From IMG/VR virus record IMGVR_UViG_3300032319_000936, positions 1 to 64,000 of that record: a stretch of DNA of 64,000 nt; one strand, written 5' to 3'. The notes beneath the pieces are model-generated. The model saw nothing but the letters and a program-made list of their open reading frames with translations. It ran no database searches and had not been told where the DNA came from. The position numbers and the translations under genes are program-made. Below are positions 29,974 to 39,690 of the stretch, in pieces (position 1 is the stretch's first letter; the number at the start of each line of letters is the position of its first letter). Source of the stretch: a virus. Lineage: Duplodnaviria; Caudoviricetes.

Positions 29974-30368
29974 AACTTGCCCTCCGATTTCATTTTTTCT
30001 CTGATCTTAGTTGCTGATATATCGTGGATATCCTGCGGTGGAACATGCTCTATTAAATCGTAACCTACCCCTCTTCCCCAGTTTATGCTTTCGATATCTG
30101 GAATGATTCTTAACTTAACTCTTCCCTCAGATATAAGATCAGCTAAAGACACCATTAGATTCTCGTGTATCTGTTGGGCAGTCCATGGATTTTTCTCATC
30201 AACTGCAACGTCTCTAATGCACAACAACACATTCTTTCCTTCGTCTAAACTCTGATCAATGAGCCACTGATGTCCATCGTGCCAAGGCTGCCATCTGCCA
30301 ACATACATTGCATATACATTATCAGTGATTGATGTTTTTTTATCTGCTTTAGCTATATAGTTCTTCAT
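29970..30368 (-). CDS. HxGH nucleotidyltransferase (cytidyltransferase-like; candidate minimal ATP sulfurylase)
   Basis: GRWQPWHDGH and ISATKIR motifs. Confidence 0.75.
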   Translation of the reverse strand: MKNYIAKADKKTSITDNVYAMYVGRWQPWHDGHQWLIDQSLDEGKNVLLCIRDVAVDEKNPWTAQQIHENLMVSLADLISEGRVKLRIIPDIESINWGRGVGYDLIEHVPPQDIHDISATKIREKMKSEGKL

Positions 30369-30820
30369 ATTTCTGATATTTTGTTTGCGATGATGTTAGT
30401 ACACTCTTCTAATGAATTGGAGGTGTCTATTAAGATATAATTTGATTTAGGTGGCTGGTAGTTTTCAACGTGAAAATTCTCCCTGCCTCTTATCTGGTCA
30501 GTTGTGATGTAGTATTCTAGAATGGAATTCCCCATCTTAGATTTGAATTCTTCTCTCTGATCCTCGTATGGAGAAACTAGAGAAACTAAAACCATCTTAC
30601 CCTTTGATTGGATATAGTGAGCAAGGTGCTGAGCTAGCTCAATATTCTTCCTCCTCCCAGCCTCTGAATAATCCTTGTTCTGGTAGATTTCTCTGATATC
30701 GTCTCCATCTATATGAAAGGCATCTTTGTAGATCTTCATCAGTTCTTGACACAGTGTTGTTTTTCCGTGCCCTGGCTGTCCTGTTAGCCATACTATTACG
30801 TTTTTTTCTTGATTCATCAT
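30365..30820 (-). CDS. cysC: adenylyl-sulfate (APS) kinase
   Basis: WLTGQPGHGKTT, IDGDDIR, YSEAGRRKNI, VSLVSPY. Confidence 0.85.
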   Translation of the reverse strand: MMNQEKNVIVWLTGQPGHGKTTLCQELMKIYKDAFHIDGDDIREIYQNKDYSEAGRRKNIELAQHLAHYIQSKGKMVLVSLVSPYEDQREEFKSKMGNSILEYYITTDQIRGRENFHVENYQPPKSNYILIDTSNSLEECTNIIANKISEI

Positions 30821-31635
30821 TTGTATTGAAAATAGTCATAAAACCACTTGTAGTTATTTTTAATCCAGTCTGCAGGTGCCTTACCTAGTACCTGGTTATA
30901 GTCTGCAGGAATAAATTCAATCTTGCTCTTGATCTTGTGATCCCCATAGATTCCATAGACTGAATCATCCTCCTGTGTTATCTGCTCGACGGATTCGAAA
31001 TCGTGCTGGAAGTGTGGCACTCCAAGATAGGAATAAATTCTCTCCATTTCCTTATTTGGATTCTTTGTGAAATCCTCAAATTTAACAAATAACATTTTCT
31101 GATCAGTACCCTCTTTTAGGATCTGGTAAAGTCTCTCGAAAGCTAAACCAACCGGAGGTGATTGCACCCACGAGTCAATTCTTTTTTCAGTGGTTGTTCC
31201 TCTCATTTCTGAGTGATCCACCATCCCGGAATCAAGATGCTGGTTTTTTCTAAAGTTCTTCTCCATTGAAGCAAATATTGATCTTGGATCTCTAACCATG
31301 CAGATTATCTTTGGATCTGGATAAAAGAAATTTAGGAATTGATAATGCACTCCCCATCCTCTGCTTTTATCCATTACGTAAGGCTTTTCTGTGATTGCAT
31401 CAAAGAAACCCATTACTCCTCCGTGACAAAAGTTTCTAAAACCATTCATCATCAGATCTCCATCTTGAGCCTTAAACTCCGGGGATCCGGTATAATTAGA
31501 TCTAGCTGCATAGACCAACTCTAATACTCCTGATGTCGGTGTGACGTAGAAATCTGGGTTTTGACCCATCACATTCTGTAAGAGAGTCGAGCCTGATCTC
31601 GGAAGTGAGGATTGAAAAAATATCTTTTTCTTCAT
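30817..31635 (-). CDS. PAPS-dependent sulfotransferase
   Basis: LPRSGSTLL 5'-PSB loop, RDPRSIFAS 3'-PB motif. Confidence 0.9.
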   Translation of the reverse strand: MKKKIFFQSSLPRSGSTLLQNVMGQNPDFYVTPTSGVLELVYAARSNYTGSPEFKAQDGDLMMNGFRNFCHGGVMGFFDAITEKPYVMDKSRGWGVHYQFLNFFYPDPKIICMVRDPRSIFASMEKNFRKNQHLDSGMVDHSEMRGTTTEKRIDSWVQSPPVGLAFERLYQILKEGTDQKMLFVKFEDFTKNPNKEMERIYSYLGVPHFQHDFESVEQITQEDDSVYGIYGDHKIKSKIEFIPADYNQVLGKAPADWIKNNYKWFYDYFQYK

Positions 31636-32526
31636 TTATTTTAGGGTTTTAATAATTTCTTCTATTCTAAATATATCGTTGGATAAATAAGGGCACTCGT
31701 GTATGCTACCAGCAAAATTGTAATCGAAAAGATAGCTGTCTGGCAGATTATGAAGTTGCGGATCGTCTGCAACTATATTGGTGTGCATATCGTAGCCAAA
31801 TAACTTAGGTGAGGTTCCAACCCAAAGAACTGTGGATGGCATCCCTAATGCTGCCGCTGCATGTTGCAAACACGAGTCTATCAATAGTCTTTTCTGTGAA
31901 GCTGCAACTAAACTGAATAGCTCCATATTAGAAAGCTGCTGCGAGACGTGCTCAACCCCTTCTATTGGTATGAAGTTGTCCTGGTTTCTGCAAACCTGAA
32001 TCACGTGATGGGTCTCCATCATTTCTCTAGCTACCTCTTCCGCTATATGAGGTGGCATATCCCTTGTCCAAGCGTAGCTGTAAGGCTGCTCCGAGATAGC
32101 TCCTCCGTTTGTATGGATAAGAAAAATAGGTTTTTCCCTTCTCCAGAGCTGTACGCCTCTCTGGACCTGCCTGAAATTGAAACCTAGCTCTGGTAACTCC
32201 CCATTGTAAACAAGGTTGTGCATGTTACACCAGCTGTTTATTAGACTTTTTCTTTTGTGGATGTGATCCGTTGTGAAATAAGGCTCTCCTTTAAATATTA
32301 ATGAGTCTTTGTCTTTGATAAAATTGGAATAGAAGTGTGGGGTCACACCGATGCGATAAACCTGATACACGAAATCTAGATTTATGTATAGTCCAGGATA
32401 GGCGCAAACGACAATTAATTTTCTATCCGGGTGATTGTTTTTTATGCACCTAGCAACTGCTGTAGCTGCTACGTGTTTTCCTAAGCCTCCTTCGAGGTGG
32501 AAAATAGAATATTTCTCGCTAGTCAT
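31636..32526 (-). CDS. GT9-like glycosyltransferase
   Basis: GGLGK..AT..A..IK..HP N-terminus, IDSCLQHAAAALGMPSTVLW motif. Confidence 0.75.
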   Translation of the reverse strand: MTSEKYSIFHLEGGLGKHVAATAVARCIKNNHPDRKLIVVCAYPGLYINLDFVYQVYRIGVTPHFYSNFIKDKDSLIFKGEPYFTTDHIHKRKSLINSWCNMHNLVYNGELPELGFNFRQVQRGVQLWRREKPIFLIHTNGGAISEQPYSYAWTRDMPPHIAEEVAREMMETHHVIQVCRNQDNFIPIEGVEHVSQQLSNMELFSLVAASQKRLLIDSCLQHAAAALGMPSTVLWVGTSPKLFGYDMHTNIVADDPQLHNLPDSYLFDYNFAGSIHECPYLSNDIFRIEEIIKTLK

Positions 32527-32564
32527 GCATATTATATGAGACTAGAGAGATAAGTTTCTAATTT

Positions 32565-35500
32565 TTAAGGTACAATATTTAACACAGTACCAAGTCTATA
32601 CACAGCTCCACTAGGTAATCCTGCTGCTGATGTTGGTATGTTTGTCAGAGATAGATTTTCAGTAAAGAGTGTTTTTACTCTATTTGCTACGATGTTTTGC
32701 CCGAAGACATACACTAAATTATTTCCGTTGTCGCAACTATTCAATCCGTAAACAAAACTATATGCTCCACTTGCGGTTGTACAACAGCCCGATGCGGTGG
32801 AAAAATTACCACTTGCGGTTGTTCTATTTCCCGATGCGGTAGATAAATATCCACTTGCGGTTGTTCTATTTCCCGATGCGGTGGAAAAGTTACCACTTGC
32901 GGTTGCCCCAACTCCCGATGCGGTGGAACAATAGCCACTTGCGATTGTGCATCTTCCCGATGCGGTGGAATAATAGCCGCTTGCGGTTGTACAATATCCC
33001 GATGCGGTGGAAAAAGTCCTACTTGCGGTTGTGCAATACCCCGATGCAATAGAATAATTACCACTTGCGTTATTACAATAACCATTCAAAACACTTGAAT
33101 AAAAACCACTCGCGCTATTCTGAAATCCGTTACCGATAAACGAATGACATCCCGAATCTACGGGTGTTGGAGCGACTGACCAAGAAGTTCCCGTCCAAGT
33201 TCCTCCTGTAGTATTGTTCGCGTTTCCGTTGACAACAACTCCGTAGTTTGCGTAGGCAGAACAAGTAGAGTTTCCGATGTGATTATAAAGTCCATTGTGA
33301 ACACTTGCAAAACAATATCCACTCGCGGTTGTACATTTTCCCGATGCGGTGGAAAATGAACCACTTGCGGTTGTACATTTTCCCGATGCGGTGGAATAAC
33401 TACCGCTTGCGGTTGTGCAATATCCCGATGCGGTGGATTTACTATTACTTGCGGTTGTGTATCTTCCCGATGCGGTGGAATAATTAGCACTTGCGGTTGT
33501 GCAATATCCCGATGCGGTGGAAAAATAGCCACTTGCGGTTGTGTATCTTCCCGATGCGGTGGAATGAGAATTACTTGCGATTGTGCAGTATCCCGATGCG
33601 GTGGAAAAACATCCACTTGCGGTTGTATTATATCCCAATGCGGTGGAATAATTACCACTTGCGATAGTGCTACATCCCAATGCGGTGGAATATGAACAAC
33701 TTGCGTTTGCGCCATTTCCTGATGCGATAGAGTAGTCACCACTTGCGGTTGTGACACATCCCGATGCGGTGGAATGATTACCACTTGCAGTCACGGTAAA
33801 TCCAGAGGCATTAGCATATTCACCACTTGCATTTACGAATTGTCCAGAAGCCCTAGAAAAATTATTACTAGCATTGGCATATCTTCCAACTAAAACACTT
33901 GAATATGAGCCACTTGCGCCATTCTGAAATCCGTTTCCGATGAAAGAATGATACCCCGAATCTATGGGTGTTGGAGCGACTGACCAATATGTTCCCGACC
34001 ACGTTCCTCCCGTAGTATTGTTTGCATTTCCGTTTACAACCACTCCGTAGTTAGCGTATGCCGAACAAGTAGAATTTCCGATGTGATTGTAAAGTCCATT
34101 ATGAACACTTGCGAAACGATATCCACTTGCGGTTGTGTAAAATCCCGATGCGGTGGAATTATAACCACTTGCGGTTGTGCAATACCCCGATGCGGTGGAA
34201 TAACCCCCACTTGCAGTTGTGTTTCTTCCCGATGCGGTGGAATAATTACAACTTGCGGTTGTGTTTCTTCCCGATGCGGTGGAATAATTACTACTTGCGG
34301 TTGTGAAAACTCCCGATGCGGTGGAATGATAACCACTTGCGGTTGTGCAAAGTCCCGATGCGGTGGAATAATCACCACTTGCTATATTTGTAGAGCCATT
34401 CAAAACAATTGAATAGTTACCACTTGCAGTGTTACAATATCCTCCGCTTATAGTTGAGTGGAGTCCGGTTGCATAGTTGTACTGTCCTCCCCCTATTGAC
34501 GAACCGCAACCACTTGCGGTGCTACCTTGCCCACCACTTACGGTTGAATAATTACAACTTGCAATGTTACCATATCCACCACTTACGGTTGAATTATATC
34601 CACTTGCGATGTTAGCACCTCCACCACTCACGGTTGTGTAATATCCACTTGCGCTGTTACTTTCTCCACCACCTACGGTTGACCTATTACCACTTGCGGT
34701 GTTACGATATCCACCACTTACTGTTGAGTTTGGTCCGGTTGCATAGTTACATTGTCCACCACCTACTGTCGAGCAATTGCTACTTGCGGTGTTACAAAAT
34801 CCACCACCTATGGTTGAATAATTACAACTTGCGGTGTTATAGCATCCTCCGCTTACTGTTGCATAATCACAGGTTGCAGAGTTGCGTCTTCCCCCACCTA
34901 TTGTTGCATAAGGGCCTGTTGCATAGTTACAATATCCTCCACTTAGTGTTGAGGCATATGCACTTGCGGTGTTGCAATATCCACCACTTACTGTTGAGTA
35001 ATTACCACTTGCTGTGCTACAACGTCCACCACCAACTGTTGCGCTAGTACCGGTTGAGAAGTTCTCCCTTCCCCCACCGACTGTTGATCGATTACCTGTT
35101 GCCTGGTTCGATAAACCTCCACTTACGGTTGAGTAATTACTACTTGCGGTGTTACAAAATCCACCGCTTACTGTTGAACTATAAGAACTTGCTGTGTTAT
35201 TAAATCCGCCACTTACGGTTGAATAATTACAACTTGCGGTGTTATAGCATCCCCCACTTACTGTTGCATAATCACAGGTTGCAGAGTTGTGCCTTCCCCC
35301 GCTTATAGTTGAATAATTACAACTTGCGGTGTTTTCTCCTCCCCCAGAAATAGTTGAGGCATATCCACTTGCGGTATTGTGATATCCTCCGCTGATCGTT
35401 GTGGCATAATCACTTGCGGTATTGTAATATCCTCCGCTTACTGTAGAGTATAGGCAGCTTGCGGTGTTATTTCTACCTCCTGATACTGTTGAACAGTCAT

Positions 35501-36068
35501 CACTTGCGGTGTTAGATTGTCCTCCACTTACTGTTGAATAAGCACCCCCTGCTGAATTACCGTTGCCTATTCTAAGAGTACTTTGATTGCCTGTTCCTGT
35601 AGAAAATATGGAAGATCCACCGGATCCTCCGAAAGCAGCTGTCATTCCATTTGAATCTATTACAGCTAATGTTCCATTGTCGAATATTAGTTGAACACCA
35701 GTAGCACCGTTAGGGTCAGCTATAGTGTAAGCGCTTGCTTGAATGCCGTCATTCGGTGCTTGTGATATCTGAGCTGTTCCTATATAGATAGTTGCAGAGT
35801 CGGTGTAAACTGTACCAAAGTAGCCATCCTTCCATCTAAGTGAAGCGGATCCTATATTATAGGTGCTATCCAAAGCAGGCAATATGTCCTGATTCAACTC
35901 AGATAGACCAGTATTAAGATAAGGAAGGGCGGACCAGTTGCTCTGACCGTCTCCTATCTTTAATCTACCTGTGTCTGTAACAAACCCCGCTTCTCCACTT
36001 AAAAGAACTGGTTCATTATAATTCCAGTTTATAAGGGTGTCTCTCCTGAGAAGTATTCTATAAGCCAT
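32565..36068 (-). CDS. tail fibre/adhesin with Mtd-N-like domain and YadA-head-like repeats
   Basis: RRDT..NW...PVL..GE.G..TDT...KIGDG...W..LPY N-terminus; 15-aa and 14-aa Ser/Thr/Gly/Cys repeats; GATATATA at 36097..36090. Confidence 0.85.
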   Translation of the reverse strand: MAYRILLRRDTLINWNYNEPVLLSGEAGFVTDTGRLKIGDGQSNWSALPYLNTGLSELNQDILPALDSTYNIGSASLRWKDGYFGTVYTDSATIYIGTAQISQAPNDGIQASAYTIADPNGATGVQLIFDNGTLAVIDSNGMTAAFGGSGGSSIFSTGTGNQSTLRIGNGNSAGGAYSTVSGGQSNTASDDCSTVSGGRNNTASCLYSTVSGGYYNTASDYATTISGGYHNTASGYASTISGGGENTASCNYSTISGGRHNSATCDYATVSGGCYNTASCNYSTVSGGFNNTASSYSSTVSGGFCNTASSNYSTVSGGLSNQATGNRSTVGGGRENFSTGTSATVGGGRCSTASGNYSTVSGGYCNTASAYASTLSGGYCNYATGPYATIGGGRRNSATCDYATVSGGCYNTASCNYSTIGGGFCNTASSNCSTVGGGQCNYATGPNSTVSGGYRNTASGNRSTVGGGESNSASGYYTTVSGGGANIASGYNSTVSGGYGNIASCNYSTVSGGQGSTASGCGSSIGGGQYNYATGLHSTISGGYCNTASGNYSIVLNGSTNIASGDYSTASGLCTTASGYHSTASGVFTTASSNYSTASGRNTTASCNYSTASGRNTTASGGYSTASGYCTTASGYNSTASGFYTTASGYRFASVHNGLYNHIGNSTCSAYANYGVVVNGNANNTTGGTWSGTYWSVAPTPIDSGYHSFIGNGFQNGASGSYSSVLVGRYANASNNFSRASGQFVNASGEYANASGFTVTASGNHSTASGCVTTASGDYSIASGNGANASCSYSTALGCSTIASGNYSTALGYNTTASGCFSTASGYCTIASNSHSTASGRYTTASGYFSTASGYCTTASANYSTASGRYTTASNSKSTASGYCTTASGSYSTASGKCTTASGSFSTASGKCTTASGYCFASVHNGLYNHIGNSTCSAYANYGVVVNGNANNTTGGTWTGTSWSVAPTPVDSGCHSFIGNGFQNSASGFYSSVLNGYCNNASGNYSIASGYCTTASRTFSTASGYCTTASGYYSTASGRCTIASGYCSTASGVGATASGNFSTASGNRTTASGYLSTASGNRTTASGNFSTASGCCTTASGAYSFVYGLNSCDNGNNLVYVFGQNIVANRVKTLFTENLSLTNIPTSAAGLPSGAVYRLGTVLNIVP
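32760..35540 (-). repeat. intragenic 42-bp and 45-bp tandem repeats
   Basis: CCCGATGCGGTGGA and ACTTGCGGT recur at 42/45 bp periods. Confidence 0.9.
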
Positions 36069-36114
36069 TTATTCCGAATTCTTTTCTTGTATATATCAGA
36101 TCGGAAAAATAGGA

Positions 36115-36435
36115 CTATTGATTTTTCAGGAGAAAGTAATTTGAATCTTTTAAATAGGCATATAATCCCTCTAAATCCTTGCAGATTTCTTTCTCGCCAT
36201 CCCAAGCATTCATGTCTTCTCTTAGCTTACCTGATACGTAATCCTTCTCATAAAGGAACCAAGAAAGCCAATCTGCTCCCTCGTCTGTTAGGATTTCACC
36301 CCATAGCATTTCCACTACTCTTTCTAATTCATCGAAGGTATGTAAAACATCAACCTTTAACTCATATAAAGCATGTAACCTCTTATGGTGGTCCACTTGA
36401 AGATCTACTATCTCCTTGAATTTCTCAAATTCCAT
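36115..36435 (-). CDS. hypothetical protein
   Basis: ORF at end of long minus-strand block. Confidence 0.75.
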   Translation of the reverse strand: MEFEKFKEIVDLQVDHHKRLHALYELKVDVLHTFDELERVVEMLWGEILTDEGADWLSWFLYEKDYVSGKLREDMNAWDGEKEICKDLEGLYAYLKDSNYFLLKNQ

Positions 36436-36589
36436 TTTTTTCTAATAGGTCATTGTAAAGAAAACACCAAACGAAAGTGGTGAAAGCAAAACCTGCATAG
36501 CTGTAGTTGCCATCAATAACCCCAGTTATCATTCCGATTATGGATCCTGTATAGGTCAGCCACTTAGATATTCCGTTTATTCCTCGCAT
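36425..36589 (-). CDS. small membrane protein (54 aa, not in ORF track)
   Basis: MRGINGISKWLTYTGSIIG..., two hydrophobic segments, fills gap. Confidence 0.5.
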   Translation of the reverse strand: MRGINGISKWLTYTGSIIGMITGVIDGNYSYAGFAFTTFVWCFLYNDLLEKNGI

Positions 36590-36905
36590 CTTGTCTGTCT
36601 TTTATTTCTATTTTTCTTAGAGCATCTGATAGGTCATCAAATCTAAATTCCCTATAGTCTCTATATTTTTTGTTGTAATACTCTATTATTTTACCTAAGT
36701 GATCTCTTAGGTCCTGATATGCCGAGACCTTCCCTAGATAGTAAGATGGATCATTAGAAACCTCAGATAGCTGCTGAGCCTCTTCTATCTCTCTTGAGAC
36801 GAAATCCTCTATTGATTCTACCTGACTTCCGTCTAGAATATCTTTTATGCGATCACCCCAGAAATTATCAAATTCCGTTTTAATTGTTTGTTCTTTCTTA
36901 GCCAT
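36564..36905 (-). CDS. hypothetical protein
   Basis: ORF in operon. Confidence 0.7.
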   Translation of the reverse strand: MAKKEQTIKTEFDNFWGDRIKDILDGSQVESIEDFVSREIEEAQQLSEVSNDPSYYLGKVSAYQDLRDHLGKIIEYYNKKYRDYREFRFDDLSDALRKIEIKDRQDARNKRNI

Positions 36906-36908
36906 ATG

Positions 36909-37298
36909 TCAATAATGTAGATCTATGTAAAGATTATCATCATCCTTATATTTCAAACAACTGAAGGCTGGATGATATTGTTCCTTCATTGAGTCCCCTA
37001 ATTCTACAATGTGTTTTGACGGGTCCTCCGTATCATACTTCGGGTGTTCCCCGTTCTTTCTCCTCCGAATTTCCTCTTCCATTCGAATGTTATGGGTTTT
37101 ATTCATTTGATAATGATAGCCCTCCTTTAGTACGACACCCCATCCATTCTTCTCGTAATACCTATCCTCAACTCTTTGTATTAAAACATTCGCATCATCA
37201 GGCAGTTCTGGGTGTTGCTCCAAATACTTTCTTAATTTTCCAACAGTAAGGTAATTCTTATAGCTGCTTAAATCTTCAAGAACTTTTATTTCACTCAT
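36909..37298 (-). CDS. hypothetical protein
   Basis: ORF in operon. Confidence 0.7.
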   Translation of the reverse strand: MSEIKVLEDLSSYKNYLTVGKLRKYLEQHPELPDDANVLIQRVEDRYYEKNGWGVVLKEGYHYQMNKTHNIRMEEEIRRRKNGEHPKYDTEDPSKHIVELGDSMKEQYHPAFSCLKYKDDDNLYIDLHY

Positions 37299-37611
37299 AG
37301 CATTAATTTTTTTCTTAATATCTTAAGTTCTTCCCTATATGGCTGAAATTCATCTTGGTTGTGAGCTTTATGTCCTTTAGACACTGCCTCAGTCACAATC
37401 ATTTCTAATTCAACAATCCTTGAAATGATTTCTTGCTGCGTCATTTTCTTTTTATTACCCATAATCCAAAATCAAAACATAAAAAATTAATCCCAAAGTT
37501 ATAAGTATTTTCGTAACTCTTGGTTAGGAATATTGTTGGTATCAGAGCGATTTGTTTAAAATCTTCACTCCAGGTTTTAAAAAAGAATGCTGTTATTTTC
37601 ATATTATTATA

Positions 37612-38427
37612 CTAGTCTCTAAACCACCATATATTTCCATCCGAAAGAGCATCTCCGTGATTTATACTACCATAATCTCTGGACTCTTCTATATCGTTTC
37701 TTTCCCAGTCCAACTCTTCATCACCAGATCCAGATATAAGTGCATTCTCGTCTTTTTTAATCTCTTCCCAATTAATCGGTGTCACCTTAGTTTTTCTTCT
37801 CCCCAATTCAGACCACCATAGCTCCGGAGTCATATATGAAAAATCTGGATATATCCTGATCTCACCTGGCTCGTGTCCTGGTGAAACCGTTGCTGGTAAG
37901 TTATAGTACCATATCTTTCTATCTATTTCCTTTTCCGGATCAAGGAAGTTATAAGGATGAGAAGATATTTTTTCTATAATTGCTTGAGCACTCGTTAATG
38001 CTGAATTAAGATCCCAGTTTCTGATAGTGTAAACCTCCTTTCCGTTTGCTGTTATTTTGCAGACCCCAGAGAATCGGAGATTCAATTCTCCCCACTTGTG
38101 CTTTGTGGTGTTTCTCTGAGTGTAATTCACACCCCAGCAAATTCTATGGACCCCTTTATCTATATAGGGAGCTAAAGGTCTTTCCTCTTTCACGCCAGTT
38201 TCTGGATCCGCCTTGCTGTGATCGAGCCACCAAGTTGCTGGACATTCGTTCTGTTTCCCGTATTCGTGCTCATATCCTTCTATATCGTAAACCGGATATA
38301 GCTCGTCCCAGATCATAATATCAAATATCTTACGGAAAGGAATACCTACTGTTTTCTCCTTCTTCTTTCCGTATTTTTCTAAAGCCTCCTTGAGGGTAAG
38401 CTCTCTTTTATCCTCGCTTATTTTCAT
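37612..38427 (-). CDS. hypothetical protein
   Basis: 271 aa ORF. Confidence 0.8.
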   Translation of the reverse strand: MKISEDKRELTLKEALEKYGKKKEKTVGIPFRKIFDIMIWDELYPVYDIEGYEHEYGKQNECPATWWLDHSKADPETGVKEERPLAPYIDKGVHRICWGVNYTQRNTTKHKWGELNLRFSGVCKITANGKEVYTIRNWDLNSALTSAQAIIEKISSHPYNFLDPEKEIDRKIWYYNLPATVSPGHEPGEIRIYPDFSYMTPELWWSELGRRKTKVTPINWEEIKKDENALISGSGDEELDWERNDIEESRDYGSINHGDALSDGNIWWFRD

Positions 38428-38428
38428 A

Positions 38429-38776
38429 TCAGTTATCTAGCTCCGTATCATTTAATAATATCCCATCCGTTATCGCTCCGGCTTCCATTAGAAGTTTTAG
38501 AAAAACACCTACTTCTGCATGGTGCAGGGAGATACTTTGGCTTCCCCCTTTAGCCTTGTCAACAAAGAGATCGTACCCTTCTCCGTTTCCCCATTCGGTA
38601 ACTTGATAGTAGTCGTTCTTTTTGGTAAAAACGCAATCCTCAGTTATATAAATGGAATACGTGGAAACTTTCACCTTCTCTAACTCGTATTTTTTAACAA
38701 AATACGGAACGTAATTATCACAAATGTTTTTGGATTTCTTTGACCCGGTGTTTTTTATTTTTATTTTACTTGACAT
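38429..38776 (-). CDS. hypothetical protein
   Basis: ORF in operon. Confidence 0.7.
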   Translation of the reverse strand: MSSKIKIKNTGSKKSKNICDNYVPYFVKKYELEKVKVSTYSIYITEDCVFTKKNDYYQVTEWGNGEGYDLFVDKAKGGSQSISLHHAEVGVFLKLLMEAGAITDGILLNDTELDN

Positions 38777-38801
38777 TTTGTGAAGATTTTATTTGGCACT
38801 T

Positions 38802-39398
38802 TTAATATTTGTTATAATTTAGATCTATTACTGTCTTACTTAGTTTTAGTAAAGCTTCAGTGAAATATTCCTCATTAAATCCCGTTTTGTTTCTCGGAGA
38901 GGACAGAACGTGGACAAAATGGTTTCTCTGCCTGTAGAGCATATCGCTATCGTCATCGATAATAATATAGTTGCCAATACAGGATTTTTTGATAATTTCA
39001 TCTTGGGTTTCTCTATCCCAATTGCAATGGTAGAATTCATTATCTCTCAACCATTTTTCAATTTCGCAACCTCTAGGTATAGTATATCCATTAATATCTC
39101 CTCTGAAGTTTGGTGTTAGACCTATGATTTCTCCGCTCATGCCTTCTAGATTCCAGACCTCCCTCATAAACTCAATCCCGCTATGCCTCCAGGTTGAGGA
39201 TATGACAATCTCTGCACCTGTTTCGTCAATGAGCATATTTAATAGATCCTTGCTTCTCTTACAGAAGCTCTGGTAGTGATCCTTATCCCCGTTCTTTGAA
39301 GTAAACTCGGCATACTGGCACTCGCCAGATCTATAGGCATCCTCACAGTTGAGAACGCCATCGATATCCAGGAATATTATCTTTCTAAGCTTTTTCAT
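38802..39398 (-). CDS. HAD phosphatase (Swiss-army-knife RNA repair-like)
   Basis: FLDIDGVL, IVISSTWR, IIDDDSDM. Confidence 0.85.
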   Translation of the reverse strand: MKKLRKIIFLDIDGVLNCEDAYRSGECQYAEFTSKNGDKDHYQSFCKRSKDLLNMLIDETGAEIVISSTWRHSGIEFMREVWNLEGMSGEIIGLTPNFRGDINGYTIPRGCEIEKWLRDNEFYHCNWDRETQDEIIKKSCIGNYIIIDDDSDMLYRQRNHFVHVLSSPRNKTGFNEEYFTEALLKLSKTVIDLNYNKY

Positions 39399-39678
39399 AT
39401 ATTGACTCTTCTATCAGTTCTGCTACTAGATCATCAAGTCCCTCTACTTCCCTGAATCTACTTGCTAACCACTGGGGCTCTGCAAATACCTCAACACCAT
39501 TGAGGGTTCCTTTAATATTTGGGTTTATAATCTCAACCAGGAGGAGTCCGACCTTGCCTGAATTGACGATCTCACGAATCGTGTAGTGTTCCCCAAACTT
39601 CGGTGCGTTTAGACAGTGCATATAAACCTTTTCTGGATACCTATCATCTATACACTGTACTATTGTTCCAACTTTCAT
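39385..39678 (-). CDS. hypothetical protein
   Basis: ORF in operon. Confidence 0.7.
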   Translation of the reverse strand: MKVGTIVQCIDDRYPEKVYMHCLNAPKFGEHYTIREIVNSGKVGLLLVEIINPNIKGTLNGVEVFAEPQWLASRFREVEGLDDLVAELIEESIYEKA

Positions 39679-39690
39679 TTTGCTAATCTA

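Noticed and set aside
29970-30368. Calling the HxGH protein the NMNAT partner of the Nampt-like gene
   Set aside because: It is 16 kb away and translationally coupled to APS kinase; not excluded, but context favours sulfate activation.
32565-36068. Diversity-generating retroelement (Mtd-like N-terminus, duplicated block)
   Set aside because: No reverse transcriptase in the window; differences between the duplicated blocks are mostly synonymous, not adenine-specific, and both copies are coding.
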